Assembly (NCBI GenBank): GCA_951406725.2
Contig: OX597837.1
Location: 17,546,001 to 17,610,000, forward strand
Reading direction: 5' to 3'
DNA length: 64,000 nt
Source: Octopus vulgaris
Taxonomy: Eukaryota
Shown here: positions 1 to 13,541 of the stretch, one piece after another
How positions within the stretch are numbered: position 1 is the stretch's first letter
How the letters are laid out: the number at the start of each line of letters is the position of its first letter
Program-made: the position numbers and the translations under genes
Notes under the pieces: generated by a model
The model's database searches: none
What the model saw: only the letters and a program-made list of their open reading frames with translations
What the model was told of the DNA's origin: nothing

Positions 1-400
<400 letters not shown>

Positions 401-438
401 GAGTATGTGTATGTGTGTGCGTGAGTGCATATATGTGC

Positions 439-655
439 TGTTATGCGTGTAGTTTGGGTTCTATTGGGAAAGACAACCAGTTGAAAACCATTATTATGTT
501 TATCGTGTTTATTGACGTTACTTATATGGATGACCCATTGCAGTGTAGTGATACATTGTTTACTTTACACACAGTTTGTACTATTCACTACAAAATAGTG
601 CCAAGAATAGGGAGTGGTTTGGCACTCGCAAACACACAGATATGAATGTGTAACA
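439..655 (-). repeat. 3' LTR (217 bp)
   Basis: TGTTATGCG...TGTAACA, matches 3288-3505 with a few differences. Confidence 0.95.
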
Positions 656-761
656 TCCCTTCTTCTTGAAAAAAAAATAAAAGGGGTCTCTTGGCAGTGA
701 AGACAACTATGAGTAGTCTCCCTTGCACTTTGGATTGTCATCATTTTCTTTTATTTTTTCT

Positions 762-3164
762 TTAGCGGTATCGAACCGGTGGCAGAATGTTCTTTCTCCA
801 TCTGGTGGATCTTCTGCTTCGCACCGGTGTCTGAGGTGTGTTGTTGGGCTGCTGATATGTGGTTGGTGCCTGTTGGGGTGATGATTCTGTGGGTGTTGTC
901 ACCAATGCAGCAGGTGTTGTACACGTTTTCCTCGACAGTTCTGGTGTTGAGCGGATGTGGGCCCTGTTGCGTCTCAGCTGCCTACCAGATTCTGTTTCTA
1001 TTATATACGATCTTGGAGTTTCAGCTCTACTGACAACCTTTGCTGGGATCCATGTTTTAGTTATGGGATCTTGAGTATGCACATGTTGTCCTCCAAGCAT
1101 CTCAGGTAAATATTGTGCATGTTTGTCGTAATGCCTCTGTGCTTGTTCTTGAGTGGCTGCTAGCTTTGCCCTTGTTTTTTCCTGGTCAATTGGAGGTTGG
1201 ATCTTAGTTGGCAGGGTAGTTTTATACTTCCTGCCATTCAGCAATTCTGCTGGGGATTTCATATTAGCTCTCAGTGGAGTCGCTCGTAGGGACATAAGTG
1301 CCAGGTGTGGGTCTTCCCTAGTCTTCCGGCATTTGACTAGTGTTCTCTTCATTGTCTGCACCTGTCTTTCTATAAACCCATGACCTTTGGGGCAGTGTGG
1401 AGATGAAGTTGCAATATTGAACCCATACTTATTGGCTAGCTTTCTGAATTCTTGTGATGTGAACTGGGTTCTCTTGTCACATATGATCTGCTCTGGTATT
1501 CCTTGCTCTGCTAGGAGTCCTCGGGCCACTGTAGTGATTGTTTTGGCTGTCAGGTCTTTCACTTTTCTCACAAATGGAAATTTGGAGTAGTAGCACAACA
1601 ATATTATTAAATACCATTCTTGGCCTTCTGTGAATAGATCTACTCCAATAGTTTGCCATGGCCTTCTTGGGATGTCACCAGATATCATTTCCTCCTTTTG
1701 TTGTGAGGTTTTGTACTTTTCTATGTTTTTCTTTTGTTGTGAGGTTTTGTACTTTTCTATGTCTTTGTACATGCTCTTATTGGTTGTCACATTTACAATG
1801 TGGTGGACCTTTCTGCTTAGTCCTTCCATCTCCTTTTTGTTTGTGATTGGTGGTCGGTTTTTGATAGGCATATCACTTACTATCCTGCTTGGAGCTGCTT
1901 TCACTTCAGTATTGACCGACACAATATTTAACTTCCTGCAGGTATCGAGTCCAAGAATTGCTGGGCCTTCTGTTCTTGTGACATAAAATGTACACTCGAT
2001 TGATTTCCCTTTGTGTGTCCCCTTAACCGTTGTTTTACCCAGTTGTGGAATCCTGGTACCTCCATACGCAGTGAGGACCACATCACTTGGTGTGAGGATT
2101 CCTTTCCTGACCCTATCCTCTTCTGTCATATTTTCTGGGAACATCTTCTTGTATAAGCCGACAGGCAAGATATCACTCTGGGCCCCAGTGTCTATCTTCA
2201 GCCTTAAGTCTATGTTTGTTCTTTTCCTTCCGGCCTTCTTTTGAATTTTTATCGTCGTGTATGCCTCATCTTCTTTCCTTCGGTCGTCCTTTCCCTTCTC
2301 ATGCACATTTATTATGCCGATTGCTAAGAATTCCTCCTCTGAGGTGCTTTGTTCCTGTTGTTGTGCATGTATATCCCTTCTATTTCTGCTCCTCTTTGAA
2401 AATTGGGGCTTGTATCTCTGGGATTTTGTTATCCTACACATTTTTTTCCAGTGGTTCAGTTTTCCACATCCTTTGCAGTGTGTACCGAATGCAGGACATT
2501 TTTTCCAGTCATTAAATTCATGCTCTGTACCACAGTACCGGCATGTTCTTTGGTTTTAGGTTTGTGTCCTGTCCTTATATACAGTATCTACACTGCTATC
2601 TAGTGGGCTTGCTTGTAAGCTAAGTGAGGCCATCTGTTTGGTAGTGGCTTCGTATGCTCTTGCAGTGTCTACTGCTTCTACCAACTGGAGAGCGTCCTTA
2701 CCTATGAGTGATTTTTGCACTTCTTTGTGGGCACACCCCCATATTAATTGGTCTACAATTCTCTCCTCCCTGTCTTTGAATTTGTATTTCTCTGCAACAT
2801 TTTTCAGTCTTGACAGGAAATTGTCTATTGTTTCTTGTGGGGCTTGTTTCAGGCCCTGGAATTCGTATCTCTGAATTCTGTGGTTTGACCTGGGCTCTAG
2901 GTGCCTCTCAAATTTTTCAAGAAGTGTATCTGAGTTATTGCAGTCGAACTCTAATATATCCCAGCTATTGTATAGGTCTATTCCTTTATTACCTGACCAT
3001 AAAAGGATATAACTTACCTTTTCATCGTCAGTTGTGCCTTTCAGGAAACTTTTGAAAGCTAGTTGGGCTTTTTGTTTGAATTTTTTAAACTCTTCTACGA
3101 CATCACTAGAATCCCAGTTCATAATCGGATGTAGATTCATCTGTACGGCGACGGGGGTCGCCAT
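762..3164 (-). pseudogene. Single-frame gag-protease-integrase polyprotein with one internal TAA (2556-2558); RT and RNase H absent
   Basis: ORFs 2556..3164 and 762..2441 are in the same frame. After the stop come two zinc knuckles (CRYCGTEH..C, CKGCGKLNH..C), protease DTGAQ and the integrase core (GVDLF / ICD / GFIER); no YxDD motif. Confidence 0.88.
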
Positions 3165-3274
3165 CTTGGATTCTTTGTTTATGTTGTCCGAAGCGTAGCG
3201 ATGTTTTGTTTGCTAATTCCGCGTTCGTTGTGTTCCTGTTTTGTTTTAAAAGCACAATTCCGGATTAATTGTTT

Positions 3275-3287
3275 ACCGCTGCCACCA
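3275..3287 (-). promoter_or_regulatory. Primer binding site complementary to the tRNA-Leu 3' end
   Basis: Minus strand TGGTGGCAGCGGT immediately after the 5' LTR; complementary to ...ACCGCUGCCACCA of tRNA-Leu(AAG/UAG). Confidence 0.85.
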
Positions 3288-3505
3288 TGTTATGCGTGTA
3301 GTTTGGGTTCTATTGGGAAAGACAACCAGTTGAAAACCATTGTTATTATTTAACGTGTTTATTGACGTTACTTATATGGATGACCCATTGCAGTGTAGTG
3401 ATACATTGTTTACTTTACACACAGTTTGTACTATTCACTACAAAATAGTGCCAAGAGTAGGGAGTGGTTTGGCACTCGCAAACACACAGATATGAATGTG
3501 TAACA
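3288..3505 (-). repeat. 5' LTR (218 bp)
   Basis: Pair of 439-655. Confidence 0.95.
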
Positions 3506-4659
3506 TGTGCATATATATAAAAATCATCTGGGTGTTAGCAAAGAGAAGTCACAGCAACCAGAAGTTACCCATTAATTTCAAACTCCTGGAAAACTTCCCA
3601 TAACATGCCCATGGCATGCAATCATATGCCCTTGAAGTCTACAAAGCGAGCAATTTCCTCACGATATCTTGAAGATCGACCAAAGGGTGAATATCTGGTC
3701 AGTTGTACAGCATCCAGGACGAAAACTTCACTGTTCTTCAGCTAGCTTGAGCTCGACAATTTCCTTTGGTGTCTTTCCAGAGGTCTAAGTTATCTGGTAA
3801 ACGAGTCAACCAGAAAATATCCTCTGTACTCAAGATAGATCCTTATATGAACCGGCCAAATTTCATCTTCCCCAACAGCCTTGTCATATCTGACTGCTTT
3901 ACTCGCCCCTATGACTTTAGGCTGTGTGGGATTAATCTTTGCCCTTAAATACTTAAAGATCTGCCCTTGAAGATTGAGTTGCCCCACCCCCAACCCATCC
4001 CGTTTCAACTATAGCTAGGTATACTAACTTCTTCCGTTTGCAATAATTATTAAATTTATATTGTTCTTTAATTCTACAATCGCAAAAATTACTCATATTA
4101 TCACTAGAAATTATAGGTGCGTTACAGGCAGTAATCTCCTCTTGATAGTTATTATTTGGATATATAAGGACAACTCAGTCTTATATTAAGACCCACCTAG
4201 CTAACCACGAATGTTCTTTTAGAAACTCTGCTAAACGTTCTTCGACTAGTCTCAGTAGATTCATCTGTGTGTGTATATATATATATACACACACACACAC
4301 ATACATATACAAATATACATGCACACACGTACATACATGTACACACACACATATGAACATATATATGTACGCACACATATATACACATACACATGCATAC
4401 CCACATATAGAACCACACATATATGCATACACATACATATACTTGCATACATACATATATACACAACCACATATATCAACATATATATATAAAATGTATA
4501 TAAAAATATATACAAACTTGTCTATATATATTTATATATACACGTCCATATGCATATAAGCATTTATAATCACATACATACATAGCCAGAAGTTTAAGAT
4601 GCATAATTGTATATATAAAAAAAGAAAAGGGATAATTCTTTCATTTGTATATAAAGATA

Positions 4660-5006
4660 TACAAATGCTAGAACGGGACGACACTGCATAGTGCCAAAGA
4701 TCCCAGCAATGCCATCATGCTTCAGGACCAGCTTCTGCAACAGCCTGGGTTTCAAGGGCCCACAGCTTTTTAATATTCTCCCAGAGTCTGAGGAACTTGC
4801 ACAAAGTAGATGTAGCGGTTTTTAAATCAAAGCTAGACATCTTCCTGTCGAGAGTCCCAGATGAACCTATCTCACGGCAAGAGGTGTAGCTATATCAAAC
4901 TCCATTCTTCACCAAGTGCCACATATTAGACGAGATTCGTCGTAATAACAGAGTAGCACAAAACGGAGGTGCATCAGCATGGCCGCAGCTCTGAGCTGAA
5001 ACTAGA
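4660..5006 (+). mobile_element. 3' fragment of a CR1-group LINE (same family as 53749-56878)
   Basis: NARTGRHC..., [17 protein letters not shown] and the 3' end cagcatggccgcagctctgagctgaaactag match the long copy. Confidence 0.85.
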
Positions 5007-5121
5007 AAAAAAAATATGGAAAGAGGTTTTTTTCCTTTTTGTGTGTATCACATATTTTAACAGATCATATTTTTTTCTTTATCATCATCATTGTTTGATT
5101 TTTTTTACTACTTTTACTTTT

Positions 5122-6115
5122 TTAGCCGTTCAATTTTGGGCCAAATTTTTCTATAAAGTGTAGTTCCATAGCTTTACGGTATTCCGGGTCATTCCGTGAG
5201 CATTTGTAGAATGGAATAATTTTAAATTTCCCATTTCCGCATACTTCTAGGTGTTTGCTTAATGGTATCTTGCGTAACTCTTCCTGTTTTATATGTTGTC
5301 TATGTATTCTGGCGCGTTGGCAGAGGGAGTTGTTCGTTTCGCCAATATAGTTTTCCTTGCAGTTTGGGCAAGTAATGCAATATATGAGGTTTTGCGTTTT
5401 GCAAGTCATATTAGCATTGATCTTAAAGAGAGGGCCATTTTTGAATATTAAGTGGGAACCACATTCTAGGTATTTGTAATTATTGTCATTGTTGCATGTT
5501 CCGCATCTTTTGTCTCCACATTCTGTTACTGAGAATTCTGGTCCCTTCTCTGATCTGCCCTTGGAAGGTGCTTTTTAAGGTTTTTCGGTTGGCGTTTGCT
5601 GTTGAGTAAGATTTTTTTGTTCATCAGGTTCTTCATTTTAGGGCTTTGTAGAAGGGTGGGTAAGTTTGATCTTATAGCCTGGAAAATATTTGTTATGCCA
5701 GGACTGTGTGTGGAGACGAATGGTATTGTCTGTTTATTGGTTTTTTTCTTTTGGTGTTCTTAATTCGGTGATGTTGAGTTTCAATGCCTTTTAAAAACCT
5801 TCCTTTATCAAACCTGAAGGGTATTTTTGTATTTTGAGGAAGTCCTGGAGTTCGTCGAGTCTAGTTTTTCGTGTTGCAGTGTCTGTTACTATAGTGCATA
5901 TGCGTCTTGCCATGCAGTAAGGTATATTTCTTTTAATGTGTGATGGGTGGCAAGAATCAAAGTTGAGGTATGATGTGTGTCTGTTTTTTGTTTGTTTGTT
6001 TGTTTGTTTGTTTTGTAATAAATGTCTGTAGTTACTCTGCAATTTTTTTATTTTTATGAGAATGTCCAGGAATGGTAATTCATTAAAGATGGATTCATTA
6101 AATGTATAGATGGGT
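5122..6115 (-). mobile_element. Penelope-like element fragment (RT thumb + GIY-YIG endonuclease)
   Basis: NLIYCITCPNCKENYIGET GIY-YIG motif; YLNFDSCHPSHIKRNIP post-RT motif; frameshifted. Confidence 0.88.
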
Positions 6116-6116
6116 G

Positions 6117-6157
<41 letters not shown>

Positions 6158-7587
6158 GATATTTATATAAGCCTAAAGCTTATAGCGATCACTGTGCAAT
6201 GACTAGGAAAATAGTCTAATAATGGAGCATATAAGCCCTCGACAGAAAAAAAGGAGGCTTTCCTATCCGCGTGGGATTCAAACCCAAATCCATTTGTTAA
6301 CGCAACTGTGTTACCATTACACCAGCGAATTAGCCACCCTGTTTCTGTCAAATTTAAGAACTATATTTGTTCGTAGTTGTTTTTGTAAACAAACTTTCTA
6401 TGTGCTTTCGGTGCGAATGGTTTTGTTATACGTCGCTGGTTTTACCATACACACCAAAAGTACATAGAAAGTTTCATTTGGGAACTTAAGGATAAAAACA
6501 TTAGTTTTCATTTGGAATGGGATATACTTACTTCAGCACCCTGTTATAGTGTAAAAAATAAGAAAATGTTACCTATGTATTTATGAAAACTTACCTATGT
6601 ATTAATGAAAAGTTACCTATATATTAAAGAAATGTTAATTCTCTACGCCTCTCCCATAATTCTCTACGCCTCTCCCATTATAGTTCTTCACCATAACCAT
6701 AGATAATTTGTACTTAATTGATTGACTAATCGACCAGTTAGTGAAATAAAATTGATTGGTTGATTGATTAATTTCTAGTCCCCACCCTACCCCCGCTGTT
6801 AAACTCAGCAATTATATACCTTGAAACAAATACACGCCCACCCCCACACGTAATCCAATAACTTACTTTTATCATTTCACCCACATAGCACTCTCATTAC
6901 TTAAGGCAATATCAACTTTTCAATCTCATTTTTTCTATATTAATTTACACATGAATATATATCTATATCTATATGGCCACAAATACATCCATGGATGTAT
7001 GTGTGTAGAACCTATGAGTACCCATATGTGTGCGTAGGGACACGGCAAGATAAATATGCACAGCTAATCCCCTTGACCACCCCTCTTTTTGTTACCTGAT
7101 AAATTCTATAACCCACTTTATTTTACTTTCGATATTTACCGTAACTATTTAGTCATTTTTACTCACATAAAAGTATATATTTATATGGATATACAATAAA
7201 ATGTATGGGAATGTATATGTGCGCGCGCGCGTATTCTTAACCGTCAGTGAAATACATGCATAAGCATTGAAATTACTTGATAAATCAATAATTGCCTCCC
7301 CTTAACCACTAATACTCATAACTGTCCAATTACACTTTATACGCTTCTAACATTCACTGATACGAGCGACGCATGGCCCCTTACAGCTTTTATCCATTGT
7401 TTACTTTTTTACTCCAACGAGTAATGGTTTCTTTTGTTGTTGTTTTTTTAATTAACTGACCAATAGTATCCTCTTACGCTCCAGACCTGTCTTACTCTGG
7501 ACCCGGGATTGTTTCAGGTATACTGCCTACTTATAATAATAAGTAAAATACATACGAAATTAATAAATAATAAATTATAGTCAATTG

Positions 7588-8330
7588 TTGGAAAATCGGT
7601 GTGTGTTTGTTTGTGGCGTTGTTATCTAATTCCTCCTACATCGTTTTATTGATTTTGATGAAACTTGACACGTGAGTAGAACTTGTGTCTGGAAACCTCG
7701 TGACATACTTAGATTGTTGGAAAAATCGATAATACGGCCGCTGGAAGGGACCTTTATGACTACCTCATATAACTGATTTCCTTTTTTTAAACACCCAAGG
7801 GAAATAACCCATAGCATCTGTACAATATTTTTTAAAACACTCAAGGGAAATAATCCATTTAATTGCTTATGTTCGATTACTTTGAATATTGATTTTTTTC
7901 GTGTGTCCAATTTCTAATTTTTGCAGACAATACTTTATTTGACACGTGAGTAGAACTCATGTCTGGAAACCTCGTGACATACTTAGATTGTTGAAAAAAA
8001 TCGATAATAGGGCTCCTCCAATGGATCCGTCTAACTACTACATATTACTAATATTTTATTTCAACAACCCAAGGGAAATAACCCATTCCACCTGCAGTAG
8101 CGATCAATGATTCTCACGATCACCCAACCTAATTCTGCATTTCACTACTCACAGCTTTGAACTGCTAAATATTATTATTGCACTTCCTTAATTTGAATCT
8201 TAAACATTAAAGACTTCATTTATACATTTCTATAGATACACACTTTTTTGAATGCCCATCACTCCAATAATTCTGCATTTTAACAGTTACACGTTTTCCA
8301 TGACAGTAGATAAATATTTTATTCCACAAT
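7588..8330. repeat. Dispersed repeat with two internal subrepeats; second copy at ~39625-40320
   Basis: ggaaaatc(g/a)gtgtgtgtttgtttgtggcgttgtta...ttttattccacaa is shared; internal repeat tgacacgtgagtagaac...cccaagggaaataaccca occurs twice. Confidence 0.8.
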
Positions 8331-8446
8331 GTATTTGTGAAGGCTTGGTAGCAGATAGTAGGTAGTAACAGTTCTAAAAGGATATTTGATATGAGTTCTT
8401 GGTTTTGATTGTTTAAGCAGCAGTAGTAGCCGAGGAAAGATGCGGA

Positions 8447-8508
8447 GAAGAAGAAGAAGAAGAAGAAGAAGAAGAAGAAGAAGAAGAAGAAGAAGAAGAA
8501 GAAGAAGA
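8447..8508. repeat. (GAA)n microsatellite
   Basis: Seen directly. Confidence 0.97.
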
Positions 8509-9479
8509 CGGGAGTGGTATGACATAGGAGGATGTTGGTGGAATCCTCTTAAATGGTCAAATGACCTGTTGTGATTGTAATAGTAGTGGTTGGAATTGTT
8601 CTGAATAAATTCATGGGTAGTGAATTTATATATAGTCAATTAAAGAAAACACAGAGAAAAAGAAAAGTGCAAACGTTTGAATGTGGCACAAGCAATGTAT
8701 TAATAAGAAGGAAAAGAGAAGTTTTACGTGTCGAGCACAGCTCTTCTTCGGAAACAGGAAAGTCCAAGACAAAGGAGGAAAAAAATTGCTAACAATCATG
8801 TGCAGTTACACTTTGAAGAGAAAATGCTTTCTGGAAGAGGAGAGTGCGAAAATCGTCAGTCTGCGTGTGCACGCACGTGTATGTGATAGCATGAGTATGT
8901 ACAGTAGGGGGGGGGGGGGCAGTAACTGTGTATATGTGTGCGTGTTGTGGTAACTGTGTGTGCATGTGTGTGGTGCGTGTGTGTGTGGTATTAACTGTGT
9001 GTGTGTGTGTGCATAGTCTGTGCGCGTGTGGTAGAATCTAAGTGCATATGTGCGCATGTGTCTGAATGTCTGTTAATGTCACTCTGAGAGATCAGCAGCT
9101 ATAGTGACAGGTGTATGAATTGGTGGATGTGGGAATGCATCTGCGCCGCGTGTGAGTAGATGGAAGGGTCAATAGTGGGTCAGAGGCAGTCAGAAGATGG
9201 TGTGAGAATGGGTGGGTGTGGATGTAGAAGGCTGAGGATTTTGTGTAGGTGCGTTGGTGTAGCCAAGGGTGTGGATATTATGTATGCGGGCATGTGTGCG
9301 TGTGTGTGAGAGAGAGAGAGAGAGTACAAGTGCGTATCGTGTGGGACAAACCCGTTATAGTTCAGGCTTTCGTCCCTGAAGGGCTGAAGACCACTTGATG
9401 CAACCCTCAGGCATCAGTCTGCCAACCAGTGTTGCCGGCTATTGTCATATTGACGCGTGGTGTGTCTTTGTTTTGCAAT

Positions 9480-10195
9480 GCCTCTCCCTTGTTGGGTCGA
9501 CTTTTGCGATGGCTGAAATGAAGGAACAGCTTGCTTCCATTAAATTCTGTTTTCTGCTGGGGGAAACGGTGGCTGAAACAGTTGTCATGCTTCAAACACC
9601 TGACAAGGACGCTTCCATTAGCAAAGCACAAGTTTATGAATAGTTTCCATGCTTTAGTAATGGTCACTTGTCGCTTGAAGACCAACCCTGTTCAGGATGA
9701 CCGTCAACCTTCTGAACAAATGAAAACTTGAAAATTTATAAACTGATCTTGGAGGATGGTCACTGAACAATTGATGAACAATGACTGGTGTGTCCTGGAA
9801 CTCCTTCCAACGAATTTTGAGCGAAGAATTGTGAATGAAAAGATATAAATTAAAATTTGTACCTTGCTTGCTCACATAAGATCAAAAGCAGTCATGACTG
9901 AACGCATGCCATGAACTGAAAGAATTATCGGAAGTTGATCCAGACCTTTTTTTCGAATGTCATCACTGGTGATGAAAGCTGGTGCTATGGAATTTTCAGA
10001 TGTGGAAAAGGTGAAGAAAAAAACGATGGAGACATTAAAAGGCATCACTCTGCAAAGGTTCCAGCACTGCTTTGAATAATGGAAAATGCACCTGGACTGA
10101 TGCATTTCTTCAAGTGGAGACTACTTGGAAGGTAATAAATTTCTAAACATTTGTAAACTAAGTGAATAAAGTAATATTGCAAAATTCTGGTTTCT
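9480..10195 (+). mobile_element. Degenerate, deleted mariner transposase
   Basis: EQLASIKFCFLLGETVAET (N-terminal HTH), VITGDESWCYG (first catalytic D), SSGDYLEG C-terminal motif; stops and frameshifts. Confidence 0.85.
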
Positions 10196-10289
10196 TGTGT
10201 GTGTGTGTGTATATTTTGAATTAGAAGCAGCTCTAATGTAAACATAACCGATGTGACATAATGGTTTCGTATTTTGGAATGTCAGAGCT

Positions 10290-10675
10290 CATCAACAAAG
10301 TCAGCCAACCACATTTCTCAGTCCACCATCACTGCCTTGATGTCCTGGATACATTCCAGACCAATATCTGTGATCAAGTTGATGTTAAGTGTGATGACAT
10401 TTTCCTCTTCTTACATCACCAGGAACTGGGTTCCACAAGACACATTTAGATGCTTCCATCTCAGGGTGGCATACACAGTAACCAGATAGTTGTAGACATC
10501 TTTACCTGATTTTCTCACTAACTTTCAGCAGGTCTCCATAAAGGCATTCGTTTGTCATATGTTGCTGCCATTTCACATTTAGGACCATTCATAGCATTCT
10601 TGTGTAGCATCCATTTAGCCTGTTTGATAATTTCTTTGCCAGTGTCCAAGTTTCACTGCCATATAATAACACTGA
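10290..10675 (-). mobile_element. RTE LINE 3' fragment (paralogous to 11540-12040)
   Basis: Direct sequence similarity; LLYGS and LYGDL motifs. Confidence 0.7.
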
Positions 10676-10817
10676 ATTACTTTTGATCAACATTTTAAAT
10701 CCTGTTTAACAGGAACCTGAAAAAGATTCCTAGATAACTGCTTGATATTTTGGGACAGAAGCAAAGAAGACCTCACAATATTCCTTAAATTAATAAACAG
10801 CATTCATGAACTGAACA

Positions 10818-10956
10818 TTATTTACATTCAATGGATATTTGTCCTCATCTTGTTTCTTGTTAACACAACTTTTCGGCTGATATACCCTCCAACCTTCATC
10901 AGGTGTCTTGGGGAAATTTCAAACCTAGGTTCTCATTTGTAAGGTATTTTTCGATG

Positions 10957-10988
<32 letters not shown>

Positions 10989-11218
10989 GTTCAGGTCACT
11001 GCTTGGAATCGAACTTGGAACCTTGGAGTTAGTAGCCCGTGCTCTTAACCACTATACCATATGACCTTAGGAATGAGAACCCAGGTTCAAAATTTCCTCA
11101 AGACACCTGATGAAGGCTGGAGGGTATATCAGCTGAAACGTTAACAACAAACAAGATGAGGACAAATATCCGTCGTAAATAATGTAAATAATTCCTCATC
11201 TCTCAAATATAGAACTGA
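10818..11218. mobile_element. tRNA-headed SINE-like element with minimal hammerhead motif, in inverted arrangement
   Basis: Minus strand: tRNA-like head with A box TGGTATAGTGG and B box GTTCGATTCC (~11066-10992), (AAT)n, body, CTGATGA..GAAA core. A plus-strand partial copy at 11065-11218 forms an inverted repeat. Confidence 0.75.
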
Positions 11219-11529
11219 TCTAGTTCACTAAGGAAGTGATTGAAAGGGAACTTTCTTTTCCAGACATTCTAATTAATTAAAGGAAATGAGACAGTTATAA
11301 CTCATCTCTACAGTTATCTACTGTAGATAACAAACCGTGGAGACCCTTCTTGTGGACATGTGAAATGACTGAACAAGAAATAAGCAAAACATTGAAGAAT
11401 AAGAAAGAATTTAAGATGAATTGCAATACAAAAGATCTCATCTACTGCATCAAATGCCCACAATGCAATGATAATTACCATTATTATGGCCAGATTCCAA
11501 CCTGGGCTGCAGCAACAAAATCTATCCAC

Positions 11530-12420
11530 CACACTTCTCAGTTCATCATCACTGCTTCAATTCCTGGATATATTCCAGGCCAGTGTCTACAATCAAGTTG
11601 TCAATGTGTGATGACATTTTCTTCTTCTTACATCGCCATGAAGTGGGTTCAAGAAGACTAATTTGGATGTTTCCATCTCAGGGTGGTGCATGCAGTGACC
11701 AGATAGTTGCAGACACCTGTGCCTGATCATCTCACTAACTTTTGGTAGGTCTCCATAAAGGCATTCGTTTGTCATATGTTGCCGTCATTTCACATTTAGA
11801 GTCATCCTTGTATAGCATCCATTTAGCCCGTTTGATAGGTTCTTTGTCAGTGTCCATGTTCCACTGCCATATAATAGCACTGATTTGACACTTACAATGA
11901 ACAGCTTGATTTTGAGTTGCCTGGACAATTTGGAGTTCCACATTTCCTTTAGTTTATGACAGGTTGTCCATGCTTGTGCCTTCCTGATCTTGATGTCTGC
12001 TTCTGAACTGCTCACCCAACCACCTAAGTACTTCAGCAACATTCAATTTGGAACTGCACAAAGCAAACAGTTCAGCGTCATTTGATTGGTTGAAAGACAT
12101 GTATTCTGTTCTCTTGACATTTGTGTGCAGCCCTATTTTAGCAGCTGATGTTTCTGATGGAGAAACAGAATTTTTTCAAATACTAGCTGAGGTGCAACAA
12201 GGAGATATGCTTGCACCTTACCTGTTTGTAATTGTATTAGATTATGTAATGCGGCAGGCTATAGACAGCAGTGACAAAGACCATGGTTTCATCATAAACC
12301 AACAAAGCTTGCAGAGAGTACCAGCAGTAACCATCACAAACCTGGACTTTGCAGATGATATAACACTTGTATCTAATGAAATAGATCAAGCTCAATGCAA
12401 TGAAAATTACATCAGAGAAG
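11530..12420. mobile_element. RTE LINE fragment with 5' inversion
   Basis: Minus 11530-12040: KYLGGWV, LLYGSGTWTL. Plus 12050-12420: QQGDMLAPYLF, LDFADDI. Confidence 0.8.
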
Positions 12421-13541
12421 CAGGATCAAAACTAATCAGTGAGAGTGCACAAACAAGAAATTAGAGATTGTGAACATCTAGATATTTGTGCAAATATTTC
12501 ATTCTTTCAAAATGAAAGGTGAAAATGATCAAATATGAAAGGCAAATGAAGAATACTTTGTAAGAATTCTAAATTTGAAACTAAACTGGAAATAGTCAAA
12601 TCACTTCTACATGCATTAGCCCTGAACACACGTGTTTGAAAAATTGAACAATGAGAGCATTTACAAACAATACAAAAACTTGCCAAAAGAATCTTTTTTA
12701 ATTGTTAATAACATTTAAGAAAATCTTTCTTTAAATACACACACAAGTGAATTGACAAATGGAAGACAGTGGCACTCAACACATTTGGTTGGAGTTACAT
12801 ATCTTATTTAATAAGTTTGAATTTTTCTGGTCAGGAGGCTAGAGCAGAGTATAGAAGTTTGAGACAAATTCAAGGTAGCTTCTAGATCTTATGCCTCTAT
12901 TGGTCAACTCAGGTCATATGACATTACTGGTCTGAAGGCTACAACAGTTCTTTTCTTCATTCTTAGGTTCACATGCTCGGACAAGATGTTGGTAGGTAGT
13001 AGTCACCGCTATGTCTGGTAGTTGCAGTGTGCATGTCAAGCAGTGTTGTGAAATAAACAAACTTTTCAATCAGTTCAAATATATTTAGGAAATATTTGAC
13101 CTCCAAAACAGCCATTTTCACTGCAATTCGCCATGCAGAAATATTCTCTGTTTAGGCAAAAGGAGTCATAACATCAAAGCCATTGTGGACTAATATATGC
13201 ATTTCAAGCTACTTATGCTCATTAGTATTAGATATTGTGTTTTGTTTGTGTTTTTTTTCCTTTTTTCTCAGCAGAGTTCTTTTTTATGTGTTTTTAATAG
13301 AGGTACGACAGCATTTATGAGTTTAAACCTTACAAACCACCAAACATTAAACTCTGCTAATCTCAGTTTACATAGATGACAACAGATTTGATTGCTAGTT
13401 TAGAGTTGAGTTGAGCAATAAATCATGCCTCTAGCTCTTTCACATTAATGCCACTTGGGAAAGTTAGTTACAAAAAAACAATAGTCAAAACAATAGTACT
13501 GGCTGTGATGTATAACAATTCAGGCTTCAAACACACTGAAT

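Larger units (their letters stand above)
439..3505 (-). mobile_element. Gypsy/Ty3 (Mag-like) LTR retrotransposon, internally deleted (no RT/RNase H)
   Basis: Near-identical TG...CA LTRs at 439-655 and 3288-3505; 5-bp TSD TGTGC at 434-438 and 3506-3510; PBS next to the 5' LTR; polypurine tract (minus strand AAGAAGAAGGGA) next to the 3' LTR. Confidence 0.95.

Noticed and set aside
3540-4010. Possible non-LTR RT remnant (FKYL-like motif)
   Set aside because: Too degenerate to assign without a profile search
10992-11066. tRNA genes here, at ~6265-6335 and at 35757-35835
   Set aside because: A/B boxes are present but cloverleaf pairing is poor and they are attached to repeat bodies; SINE heads
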